Shown piece by piece: positions 52,301 through 64,000 of a stretch of 64,000 bases of DNA; position 1 is the stretch's first letter, and each line of letters starts with the position of its first letter. Made by a program: the position numbers and the translations under genes. Source of the stretch: Eukaryota sp. TZLM1-RC (Eukaryota > Protista > Metamonada: BaSk clade); NCBI GenBank assembly GCA_040285825.1, contig JAUPSS010000007.1, positions 3,118,317-3,182,316 on the forward strand. The letters are read 5' to 3'. Below the pieces are notes generated by a model. That model was not told the origin of the DNA. It worked only from the letters and a program-made list of their open reading frames with translations, and ran no database searches.

Positions 52301-55300
52301 ATTAATTTTTAAACATTAAATTGTAAAAAAGTAAAAAATCAAAAAGTATACAATTGAATGTTGTAAACTAATAAAACAATTGCTGTAAGTGTAAGAGTAT
52401 CGTTTTGATACGATTTACTGAGAGCTCATATGAAGTTCCTAGTTTCGTATATTGACCAATGGTTGTTTATTACAATCATTGGTCAAATCTTCTAAAGTCC
52501 ATTTTGGGACAATTAATATAACAATTGTGGTGTTAAAGTCCGTGCTATGGTCATTTGAGTAGTCATTGGTATGATTGGTTGAATGGTCATTGGTATGATT
52601 AGATGAGTTGCATGTAGTCTTTATGTACTAGATGTGATCAACTTGTGATCAAACTTTGTGTGAAATTGTGTGTTAGTAATGTTGGCTATGTGTTGCTTGA
52701 TCAGTACAAACTCATGATTACATTTTCAAATGATTTTGTATATATTTGAATTAATTGAGTGTATTAATTTTTAAACATTAAATTGTAAAAAAAGTAAAAA
52801 ATCAAAAAGTATACAATTGAATGTTGTAAACTAATAAAACAATTGCTGTAAGTGTAAGAGTATCGTTTTTGATACGATTTACTGAGGCTCATATGAAGTT
52901 CCTAGTTTCGTATATTGACCAATGGTTGTTTATTACAATCATTGGTCAAATCTTCAAAAGTCCATTTTGGGACAATTAATATAACAATTGTGGTGTTAAA
53001 GTCCGTGCTATGGTCATTTGAGTAGTCATTGGTTTGATTGGTTGAATGGTCATTGGTATGATTAGATGAGTTGCATGTAGTCTTTATGTACTAGATGTGA
53101 TCAACTTGTGATCAAACTTTGTGTGAAATTGTGTGTTAGTAATGTTGGCTATGTGTTGCTTGATCAGTACAAACTCATGATTACATTTTCAAATGATTTT
53201 GTATATATTTGAATTAATTGAGTGTATTAATTTTTAAACATTAAATTGTAAAAAAGTAAAAAATCAAAAAGTATACAATTGAATGTTGTAAACTAATAAA
53301 ACAATTGCTGTAAGTGTAAGAGTATCGTTTTTGATACGATTTACTGAGAGCTCATATGAAGTTCCTAGTTTCGTATATTGACCAATGGTTGTTTATTACA
53401 ATCATTGGTCAAATCTTTAAAGTCCATTTTGGGACAATTAATATAACAATTGTGGTGTTAAAGTCCGTGCTATGGTCATTTGAGTAGTCATTGGTATGAT
53501 TGGTTGAATGGTCATTGGTGTGATTAGATGAGTTGCATGTAGTCTTTATGTACTAGATGTGATCAACTTGTGATCAAACTTTGTGTGAAATTGTGTGTTA
53601 GTAATGTTGGCTATGTGTTACTTGATCAGTACAAACTCATGATTACATTTTCAAATGATTTTGTATATATTTGAATTAATTGAGTGTATTAATTTTTAAA
53701 CATTAAATTGTAAAAAAGTAAAAAATCAAAAAGTATACAATTGAATGTTGTAAACTAATAAAACAATTGCTGTAAGTGTAAGAGTATCGTTTTGATACGA
53801 TTTACTGAGAGCTCATATGAAGTTCCTAGTTTCGTATATTGACCAATGGTTGTTTATTACAATCATTGGTCAAATCTTTAAAGTCCATTTTGGGACAATT
53901 AATATAACAATTGTGGTGTTAAAGTCCGTGCTATGGTCATTTGAGTAGTCATTGGTATGATTGGTTGAATGGTCATTGGTATGATTAGATGAGTTGCATG
54001 TAGTCTTTATGTACTAGATGTGATCAACTTGTGATCAAACTTTGTGTGAAATTGTGTGTTAGTAATGTTGGCTATGTGTTGCTTGATCAGTACAAACTCA
54101 TGATTACATTTTCAAATGATTTTTGTATATATTTGAATTAATTGAGTGTATTAATTTTTAAACATTAAATTGTAAAAAAAGTAAAAAATCAAAAAGTATA
54201 CAATTGAATGTTGTAAACTAATAAAACAATTGCTGTAAGTGTAAGAGTATCGTTTTTGATACGATTTACTGAGAGCTCATATGAAGTTCCTAGTTTCGTA
54301 TATTGACCAATGGTTGTTTATTACAATCATTGGTCAAATCTTAAAGTCCATTTTGGGACAATTAATATAACAATTGTGGTGTTAAAGTCCGTGCTATGGT
54401 CATTTGAGTAGTCATTGGTATGATTGGTTGAATGGTCATTGGTATGATTAGATGAGTTGCATGTAGTCTTTATGTACTAGATGTGATCAACTTGTGATCA
54501 AACTTTGTGTGAAATTGTGTGTTAGTAATGTTGGCTATGTGTTACTTGATCAGTACAAACTCATGATTACATTTTTCAAATGATTTTGTATATATTTGAA
54601 TTAATTGAGTGTATTAATTTTTAAACATTAAATTGTAAAAAAGTAAAAAATCAAAAAGTATACAATTGAATGTTGTAAAACTAATAAAACAATTGCTGTA
54701 AGTGTAAGAGTATCGTTTTTGATACGATTTACTGAGGCTCATATGAAGTTCCTAGTTTCGTATATTGACCAATGGTTGTTTATTACAATCATTGGTCAAA
54801 TCTTCAAAAGTCCATTTTGGGACAATTAATATAACAATTGTGGTGTTAAAGTCCGTGCTATGGTCATTTGAGTAGTCATTGGTATGATTGGTTGAATGGT
54901 CATTGGTATGATTAGATGAGTTGCATGTAGTCTTTATGTACTAGATGTGATCAACTTGTGATCAAACTTTGTGTGAAATTGTGTGTTAGTAATGTTGGCT
55001 ATGTGTTACTTGATCAGTACAAACTCATGATTACATTTTCAAATGATTTTGTATATATTTGAATTAATTGGGTGTATTAATTTTTAAACATTAAATTGTA
55101 AAAAAAGTAAAAAAATCAAAAAGTATACAATTGAATGTTGTAAACTAATAAAACAATTGCTGTAAGTGTAAGAGTATCGTTTTTGATACGATTTACTGAG
55201 AGCTCATATGAAGTTCCTAGTTTCGTATATTGACCAATGGTTGTTTATTACAATCATTGGTCAAATCTTCAAAGTCCATTTTGGGACAATTAATATAACA

Positions 55301-58300
55301 ATTGTGGTGTTAAAGTCCGTGCTATGGTCATTTGAGTAGTCATTGGTATGATTGGTTGAATGGTCATTGGTATGATTAGATGAGTTGCATGTAGTCTTTA
55401 TGTACTAGATGTGATCAACTTGTGATCAAACTTTGTGTGAAATTGTGTGTTAGTAATGTTGGCTATGTGTTGCTTGATCAGTACAAACTCATGATTACAT
55501 TTTCAAATGATTTTGTATATATTTGAATTAATTGAGTGTATTAATTTTTAAACATTAAATTGTAAAAAAAGTAAAAAATCAAAAAAGTATACAATTGAAT
55601 GTTGTAAACTAATAAAACAATTGCTGTAAGTGTAAGAGTATCGTTTTTGATACGATTTACTGAGAGCTCATATGAAGTTCCTAGTTTCGTATATTGACCA
55701 ATGGTTGTTTATTACAATCATTGGTCAAATCTTCTAAAGTCCATTTTGGGACAATTAATATAACAATTGTGGTGTTAAAGTCCGTGCTATGGTCATTTGA
55801 GTAGTCATTGGTATGATTGGTTGAATGGTCATTGGTATGATTAGATGAGTTGCATGTAGTCTTTATGTACTAGATGTGATCAACTTGTGATCAAACTTTG
55901 TGTGAAATTGTGTGTTAGTAATGTTGGCTATGTGTTACTTGATCAGTACAAACTCATGATTACATTTTCAAATGATTTTGTATATATTTGAATTAATTGA
56001 GTGTATTAATTTTTAAACATTAAATTGTAAAAAAAGTAAAAAATCAAAAAGTATACAATTGAATGTTGTAAACTAATAAAACAATTGCTGTAAGTGTAAG
56101 AGTATCGTTTTTGATACGATTTACTGAGAGCTCATATGAAGTTCCTAGTTTCGTATATTGACCAATGGTTGTTTATTACAATCATTGGTCAAATCTTAAA
56201 GTCCATTTTGGGACAATTAATATAACAATTGTGGTGTTAAAGTCCGTGCTATGGTCATTTGAGTAGTCATTGGTATGATTGGTTGAATGGTCATTGGTAT
56301 GATTAGATGAGTTGCATGTAGTCTTTATGTACTAGATGTGATCAACTTGTGATCAAACTTTGTGTGAAATTGTGTGTTAGTAATGTTGGCTGTGTGTTGC
56401 TTGATCAGTACAAACTCATGATTACATTTTCAAATGATTTTTGTATATATTTGAATTAATTGAGTGTATTAATTTTTAAACATTAAATTGTAAAAAAGTA
56501 AAAAATCAAAAAGTATACAATTGAATGTTGTAAACTAATAAAACAATTGCTGTAAGTGTAAGAGTATCGTTTTTGATACGATTTACTGAGGCTCATATGA
56601 AGTTCCTAGTTTCGTATATTGACCAATGGTTGTTTATTACAATCATTGGTCAAATCTTAAAGTCCATTTTGGGACAATTAATATAACAATTGTGGTGTTA
56701 AAGTCCATTGCTATGGTCATTTGAGTAGTCATTGGTATGATTGGTTGAATGGTCATTGGTATGATTAGATGAGTTGCATGTAGTCTTTATGTACTAGATG
56801 TGATCAACTTGTGATCAAACTTTGTGTGAAATTGTGTGTTAGTAATGTTGGCTATGTGTTACTTGATCAGTACAAACTCATGATTACATTTTCAAATGAT
56901 TTTGTATATATTTGAATTAATTGAGTGTATTAATTTTTAAACATTAAATTGTAAAAAAGTAAAAAATCAAAAAGTATACAATTGAATGTTGTAAACTAAT
57001 AAAACAATTGCTGTAAGTGTAAGAGTATCGTTTTTGATACGATTTACTGAGGCTCATATGAAGTTCCTAGTTTCGTATATTGACCAATGGTTGTTTATTA
57101 CAATCATTGGTCAAATCTTCTAAGAATCCATTTTGGGACAATTAATATAACAATTGTGGTGTTAAAGTCCATTGCTATGGTCATTTGAGTAGTCATTGGT
57201 ATGATTGGTTGAATGGTCATTGGTATGATTAGATGAGTTGCATGTAGTCTTTATGTACTAGATGTGATCAACTTGTGATCAAACTTTGTGTGAAATTGTG
57301 TGTTAGTAATGTTGGCTATGTGTTGCTTGATCAGTACAAACTCATGATTACATTTTCAAATGATTTTGTATATATTTGAATTAATTGAGTGTATTAATTT
57401 TTAAACATTAAATTGTAAAAAAAGTAAAAAATCAAAAAGTATACAATTGAATGTTGTAAACTAATAAAACAATTGCTGTAAGTGTAAGAGTATCGTTTTG
57501 ATACGATTTACTGAGGCTCATATGAAGTTCCTAGTTTCGTATATTGACCAATGGTTGTTTATTACAATCATTGGTCAAATCTTAAAGTCCATTTTGGGAC
57601 AATTAATATAACAATTGTGGTGTTAAAGTCCGTGCTATGGTCATTTGGTAGTCATTGGTATGATTGGTTGAATGGTCATTGGTATGATTAGATGAGTTGC
57701 ATGTAGTCTTTATGTACTAGATGTGATCAACTTGTGATCAAACTTTGTGTGAAATTGTGTGTTAGTAATGTTGGCTGTGTGTTGCTTGATCAGTACAAAC
57801 TCATGATTACATTTTCAAATGATTTTGTATATATTTGAATTAATTGAGTGTATTAATTTTTAAACATTAAATTGTAAAAAAGTAAAAAATCAAAAGTATA
57901 CAATTGAATGTTGTAAACTAATAAAACAATTGCTGTAAGTGTAAGAGTATCGTTTTGATACGATTTACTGAGGCTCATATGAAGTTCCTAGTTTCGTATA
58001 TTGACCAATGGTTGTTTATTACAATCATTGGTCAAATCTTAAAGTCCATTTTGGGACAATTAATATAACAATTGTGGTGTTAAAGTCCATTGCTATGGTC
58101 ATTTGAGTAGTCATTGGTATGATTGGTTGAATGGTCATTGGTATGATTAGATGAGTTGCATGTAGTCTTTATGTACTAGATGTGATCAACTTGTGATCAA
58201 ACTTTGTGTGAAATTGTGTGTTAGTAATGTTGGCTATGTGTTACTTGATCAGTACAAACTCATGATTACATTTTCAAATGATTTTGTATATATTTGAATT

Positions 58301-61300
58301 AATTGAGTGTATTAATTTTTAAACATTAAATTGTAAAAAAGTAAAAAATCAAAAGTATACAATTGAATGTTGTAAACTAATAAAACAATTGCTGTAAGTG
58401 TAAGAGTATCGTTTTTGATACGATTTACTGAGAGCTCATATGAAGTTCCTAGTTTCGTATATTGACCAATGGTTGTTTATTACAATCATTGGTCAAATCT
58501 AAAGTCCATTTTGGGACAATTAATATAACAATTGTGGTGTTAAAGTCCATTGCTATGGTCATTTGAGTAGTCATTGGTATGATTGGTTGAATGGTCATTG
58601 GTATGATTAGATGAGTTGCATGTAGTCTTTATGTACTAGATGTGATCAACTTGTGATCAAACTTTGTGTGAAATTGTGTGTTAGTAATGTTGGCTATGTG
58701 TTGCTTGATCAGTACAAACTCATGATTACATTTTCAAATGATTTTGTATATATTTGAATTAATTGGGTGTATTAATTTTTAAACATTAAATTGTAAAAAA
58801 GTAAAAAATCAAAAGTATACAATTGAATGTTGTAAACTAATAAAACAATTGCTGTAAGTGTAAGAGTATCGTTTTGATACGATTTACTGAGGCTCATATG
58901 AAGTTCCTAGTTTCGTATATTGACCAATGGTTGTTTATTACAATCATTGGTCAAATCTTCAAGAATCCATTTTGGGACAATTAATATAACAATTGTGGTG
59001 TTAAAGTCCGTGCTATGGTCATTTGAGTAGTCATTGGTATGATTGGTTGAATGGTCATTGGTATGATTAGATGAGTTGCATGTAGTCTTTATGTACTAGA
59101 TGTGATCAACTTGTGATCAAACTTTGTGTGAAATTGTGTGTTAGTAATGTTGGCTATGTATTTACTTGATCAGTACAAACTCATGATTACATTTTCAAAT
59201 GATTTTGTATATATTTGAATTAATTGAGTGTATTAATTTTTAAACATTAAATTGTAAAAAAGTAAAAAATCAAAAGTATACAATTGAATGTTGTAAACTA
59301 ATAAAACAATTGCTGTAAGTGTAAGAGTATCGTTTTTGATACGATTTACTGAGAGCTCATATGAAGTTCCTAGTTTCGTATATTGACCAATGGTTGTTTA
59401 TTACAATCATTGGTCAAATCTTCTAAGAATCCATTTTGGGACAATTAATATAACAATTGTGGTGTTAAAGTCCGTGCTATGGTCATTTGAGTAGTCATTG
59501 GTATGATTGGTTGAATGGTCATTGGTATGATTAGATGAGTTGCATGTAGTCTTTATGTACTAGATGTGATCAACTTGTGATCAAACTTTGTGTGAAATTG
59601 TGTGTTAGTAATGTTGGCTATGTGTTGCTTGATCAGTACAAACTCATGATTACATTTTCAAATGATTTTGTATATATTTGAATTAATTGAGTGTATTAAT
59701 TTTTAAACATTAAATTGTAAAAAAGTAAAAAATCAAAAGTATACAATTGAATGTTGTAAACTAATAAAACAATTGCTGTAAGTGTAAGAGTATCGTTTTT
59801 GATACGATTTACTGAGAGCTCATATGAAGTTCCTAGTTTCGTATATTGACCAATGGTTGTTTATTACAATCATTGGTCAAATCTTAAAGTCCATTTTGGG
59901 ACAATTAATATAACAATTGTGGTGTTAAAAGTCCGTGCTATGGTCATTTGAGTAGTCATTGGTATGATTGGTTGAATGGTCATTGGTATGATTAGATGAG
60001 TTGCATGTAGTCTTTATGTACTAGATGTGATCAACTTGTGATCAAACTTTGTGTGAAATTGTGTGTTAGTAATGTTGGCTATGTGTTGCTTGATCAGTAC
60101 AAACTCATGATTACATTTTCAAATGATTTTGTATATATTTGAATTAATTGGGTGTATTAATTTTTAAACATTAAATTGTAAAAAAGTAAAAAATCAAAAA
60201 GTATACAATTGAATGTTGTAAACTAATAAAACAATTGCTGTAAGTGTAAGAGTATCGTTTTTGATACGATTTACTGAGAGCTCATATGAAGTTCCTAGTT
60301 TCGTATATTGACCAATGGTTGTTTATTACAATCATTGGTCAAATCTTAAAGTCCATTTTGGGACAATTAATATAACAATTGTGGTGTTAAAGTCCATTGC
60401 TATGGTCATTTGATTAGTCATTGGTATGATTGGTTGAATGGTCATTGGTATGATTAGATGAGTTGCATGTAGTCTTTATGTACTAGATGTGATCAACTTG
60501 TGATCAAACTTTGTGTGAAATTGTGTGTTAGTAATGTTGGCTATGTGTTGCTTGATCAGTACAAACTCATGATTACATTTTCAAATGATTTTGTATATAT
60601 TTGAATTAATTGAGTGTATTAATTTTTAAACATTAAATTGTAAAAAAGTAAAAAATCAAAAGTATACAATTGAATGTTGTAAACTAATAAAACAATTGCT
60701 GTAAGTGTAAGAGTATCGTTTTTGATACGATTTACTGAGAGCTCATATGAAGTTCTAGTTTCGTATATTGACCAATGGTTGTTTATTACAATCATTGGTC
60801 AAATCTTTAAAGTCCATTTTGGGACAATTAATATAACAATTGTGGTGTTAAAGTCCGTGCTATGGTCATTTGGTAGTCATTGGTATGATTGGTTGAATGG
60901 TCATTGGTATGATTAGATGAGTTGCATGTAGTCTTTATGTACTAGATGTGATCAACTTGTGATCAAACTTTGTGTGAAATTGTGTGTTAGTAATGTTGGC
61001 TATGTGTTGCTTGATCGGTACAAACTCATGATTACATTTTCAAATGATTTTGTATATATTTGAATTAATTGAGTGTATTAATTTTTAAACATTAAATTGT
61101 AAAAAAGTAAAAAATCAAAAAGTATACAATTGAATGTTGTAAACTAATAAAACAATTGCTGTAAGTGTAAGAGTATCGTTTTTGATACGATTTACTGAGG
61201 CTCATATGAAGTTCCTAGTTTCGTATATTGACCAATGGTTGTTTATTACAATCATTGGTCAAATCTTCAAAAGTCCATTTTGGGACAATTAATATAACAA

Positions 61301-64000
61301 TTGTGGTGTTAAAGTCCATTGCTATGGTCATTTGATTAGTCATTGGTATGATTGGTTGAATGGTCATTGGTATGATTAGATGAGTTGCATGTAGTCTTTA
61401 TGTACTAGATGTGATCAACTTGTGATCAAACTTTGTGTGAAATTGTGTGTTAGTAATGTTGGCTATGTGTTGCTTGATCAGTACAAACTCATGATTACAT
61501 TTTCAAATGATTTTGTATATATTTGAATTAATTGAGTGTATTAATTTTTAAACATTAAATTGTAAAAAAGTAAAAAATCAAAAGTATACAATTGAATGTT
61601 GTAAACTAATAAAACAATTGCTGTAAGTGTAAGAGTATCGTTTTGATACGATTTACTGAGGCTCATATGAAGTTCCTAGTTTCGTATATTGACCAATGGT
61701 TGTTTATTACAATCATTGGTCAAATCTTAAAGTCCATTTTGGGACAATTAATATAACAATTGTGGTGTTAAAGTCCGTGCTATGGTCATTTGATTAGTCA
61801 TTGGTATGATTGGTTGAATGGTCATTGGTATGATTAGATGAGTTGCATGTAGTCTTTATGTACTAGATGTGATCAACTTGTGATCAAACTTTGTGTGAAA
61901 TTGTGTGTTAGTAATGTTGGCTATGTGTTGCTTGATCAGTACAAACTCATGATTACATTTTCAAATGATTTTGTATATATTTGAATTAATTGAGTGTATT
62001 AATTTTTAAACATTAAATTGTAAAAAAAGTAAAAAATCAAAAGTATACAATTGAATGTTGTAAACTAATAAAACAATTGCTGTAAGTGTAAGAGTATCGT
62101 TTTGATACGATTTACTGAGGCTCATATGAAGTTCCTAGTTTCGTATATTGACCAATGGTTGTTTATTACAATCATTGGTCAAATCTAAAATCCATTTTGG
62201 GACAATTAATATAACAATTGTGGTGTTAAAGTCCGTGCTATGGTCATTTGATTAGTCATTGGTATGATTGGTTGAATGGTCATTGGTATGATTAGATGAG
62301 TTGCATGTAGTCTTTATGTACTAGATGTGATCAACTTGTGATCAAACTTTGTGTGAAATTGTGTGTTAGTAATGTTGGCTATGTGTTACTTGATCAGTAC
62401 AAACTCATGATTACATTTTCAAATGATTTTGTATATATTTGAATTAATTGAGTGTATTAATTTTTAAACATTAAATTGTAAAAAAAGTAAAAAATCAAAA
62501 AGTATACAATTGAATGTTGTAAACTAATAAAACAATTGCTGTAAGTGTAAGAGTATCGTTTTTGATACGATTTACTGAGAGCTCATATGAAGTTCCTAGT
62601 TTCGTATATTGACCAATGGTTGTTTATTACAATCATTGGTCAAATCTTTAAAGTCCATTTTGGGACAATTAATATAACAATTGTGGTGTTAAAGTCCATT
62701 GCTATGGTCATTTGAGTAGTCATTGGTATGATTGGTTGAATGGTCATTGGTATGATTAGATGAGTTGCATGTAGTCTTTATGTACTAGATGTGATCAACT
62801 TGTGATCAAACTTTGTGTGAAATTGTGTGTTAGTAATGTTGGCTATGTGTTGCTTGATCAGTACAAACTCATGATTACATTTTCAAATGATTTTGTATAT
62901 ATTTGAATTAATTGAGTGTATTAATTTTTAAACATTAAATTGTAAAAAAGTAAAAAATCAAAAAGTATACAATTGAATGTTGTAAACTAATAAAACAATT
63001 GCTGTAAGTGTAAGAGTATCGTTTTTGATACGATTTACTGAGAGCTCATATGAAGTTCCTAGTTTCGTATATTGACCAATGGTTGTTTATTACAATCATT
63101 GGTCAAATCTTAAAGTCCATTTTGGGACAATTAATATAACAATTGTGGTGTTAAAGTCCGTGCTATGGTCATTTGATTAGTCATTGGTATGATTGGTTGA
63201 ATGGTCATTGGTATGATTAGATGAGTTGCATGTAGTCTTTATGTACTAGATGTGATCAACTTGTGATCAAACTTTGTGTGAAATTGTGTGTTAGTAATGT
63301 TGGCTATGTGTTGCTTGATCAGTACAAACTCATGATTACATTTTCAAATGATTTTGTATATATTTGAATTAATTGAGTGTATTAATTTTTAAACATTAAA
63401 TTGTAAAAAAGTAAAAAATCAAAAAGTATACAATTGAATGTTGTAAACTAATAAAACAATTGCTGTAAGTGTAAGAGTATCGTTTTGATACGATTTACTG
63501 AGAGCTCATATGAAGTTCCTAGTTTCGTATATTGACCAATGGTTGTTTATTACAATCATTGGTCAAATCTTAAAGTCCATTTTGGGACAATTAATATAAC
63601 AATTGTGGTGTTAAAGTCCGTGCTATGGTCATTTGATTAGTCATTGGTATGATTGGTTGAATGGTCATTGGTATGATTAGATGAGTTGCATGTAGTCTTT
63701 ATGTACTAGATGTGATCAACTTGTGATCAAACTTTGTGTGAAATTGTGTGTTAGTAATGTTGGCTATGTGTTGCTTGATCAGTACAAACTCATGATTACA
63801 TTTTCAAATGATTTTGTATATATTTGGATTAATTGGGTGTATTAATTTTTAAACATTAAATTGTAAAAAAGTAAAAAATCAAAAGTATACAATTGAATGT
63901 TGTAAACTAATAAAACAATTGCTGTAAGTGTAAGAGTATCGTTTTGATACGATTTACTGAGGCTCATATGAAGTTCCTAGTTTCGTATATTGACCAATGG
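40363..64000 (+). repeat. Tandem array of the ~460 bp unit, about 51 copies, open at the window end; the first copy overlaps the native LSU 3' end
   Basis: Same unit as above, beginning at attgctgtaag (40363) inside the LSU terminal helix and continuing to the end of the window. Confidence 0.98.
40436..40470 (+). other. 15-bp stem-loop immediately downstream of the LSU 3' end, repeated in essentially every unit
   Basis: TTGACCAATGGTTGT-ttatt-ACAATCATTGGTCAA is a perfect inverted repeat except for one G.T pair. Confidence 0.85.

Noticed and set aside
60722-60916. 64-aa ORF in the satellite
   Set aside because: It arises from chance indels in one repeat copy (gttctag, tttggtag) and is not preserved in other units.
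1-64000. CRISPR-like or tRNA/5S-linked array interpretation of the repeat
   Set aside because: Units are ~460 bp and near-identical with no unique spacers. I saw no tRNA cloverleaf or 5S motifs, and the context is eukaryotic rDNA.
1-64000. Hypervariable spot after the hairpin (aaatct...aaagtcc) and the ctgagagctc/ctgaggctc toggle as programmed diversification
   Set aside because: The changes are small indels next to a strong hairpin and homopolymers, consistent with long-read basecalling or consensus noise. They cannot be supported without raw reads.

Overview
This is a eukaryotic rDNA-associated region. About 57 kb of the 64 kb is a head-to-tail ~460-470 bp AT-rich tandem repeat, in three arrays of roughly 68, 4 and 51 units. 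Each unit begins with the last ~70 nt of the large-subunit (LSU, 28S-type) rRNA gene, followed by ~390 bp of downstream spacer. Two unique islands sit in the array, both on the + strand. The first (31687-~35285) is a ~3.6 kb non-LTR retrotransposon with CRE-clade-like reverse transcriptase (RT) motifs and the domain order RNase H - two C2H2 zinc fingers - RT - CCHC knuckle - restriction-like endonuclease (RLE). One ~1155 aa ORF can be rebuilt across three single-base frameshifts. Its 3' end joins precisely to the LSU gene at CCCT^ACTGA, about 35 nt upstream of the sarcin-ricin loop and about 710 bp downstream of the empty R2 site. The second island (~37448-40432) is a 5'-truncated, uninserted LSU gene from a divergent eukaryote that shows the empty target site. 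I found no SSU, ITS or 5.8S. The best candidate for a new system is a 28S-targeting, RNase H-carrying CRE-like retrotransposon. The sequence shows homopolymer noise typical of long-read assemblies, so array lengths and both 5' junctions need read-level confirmation.
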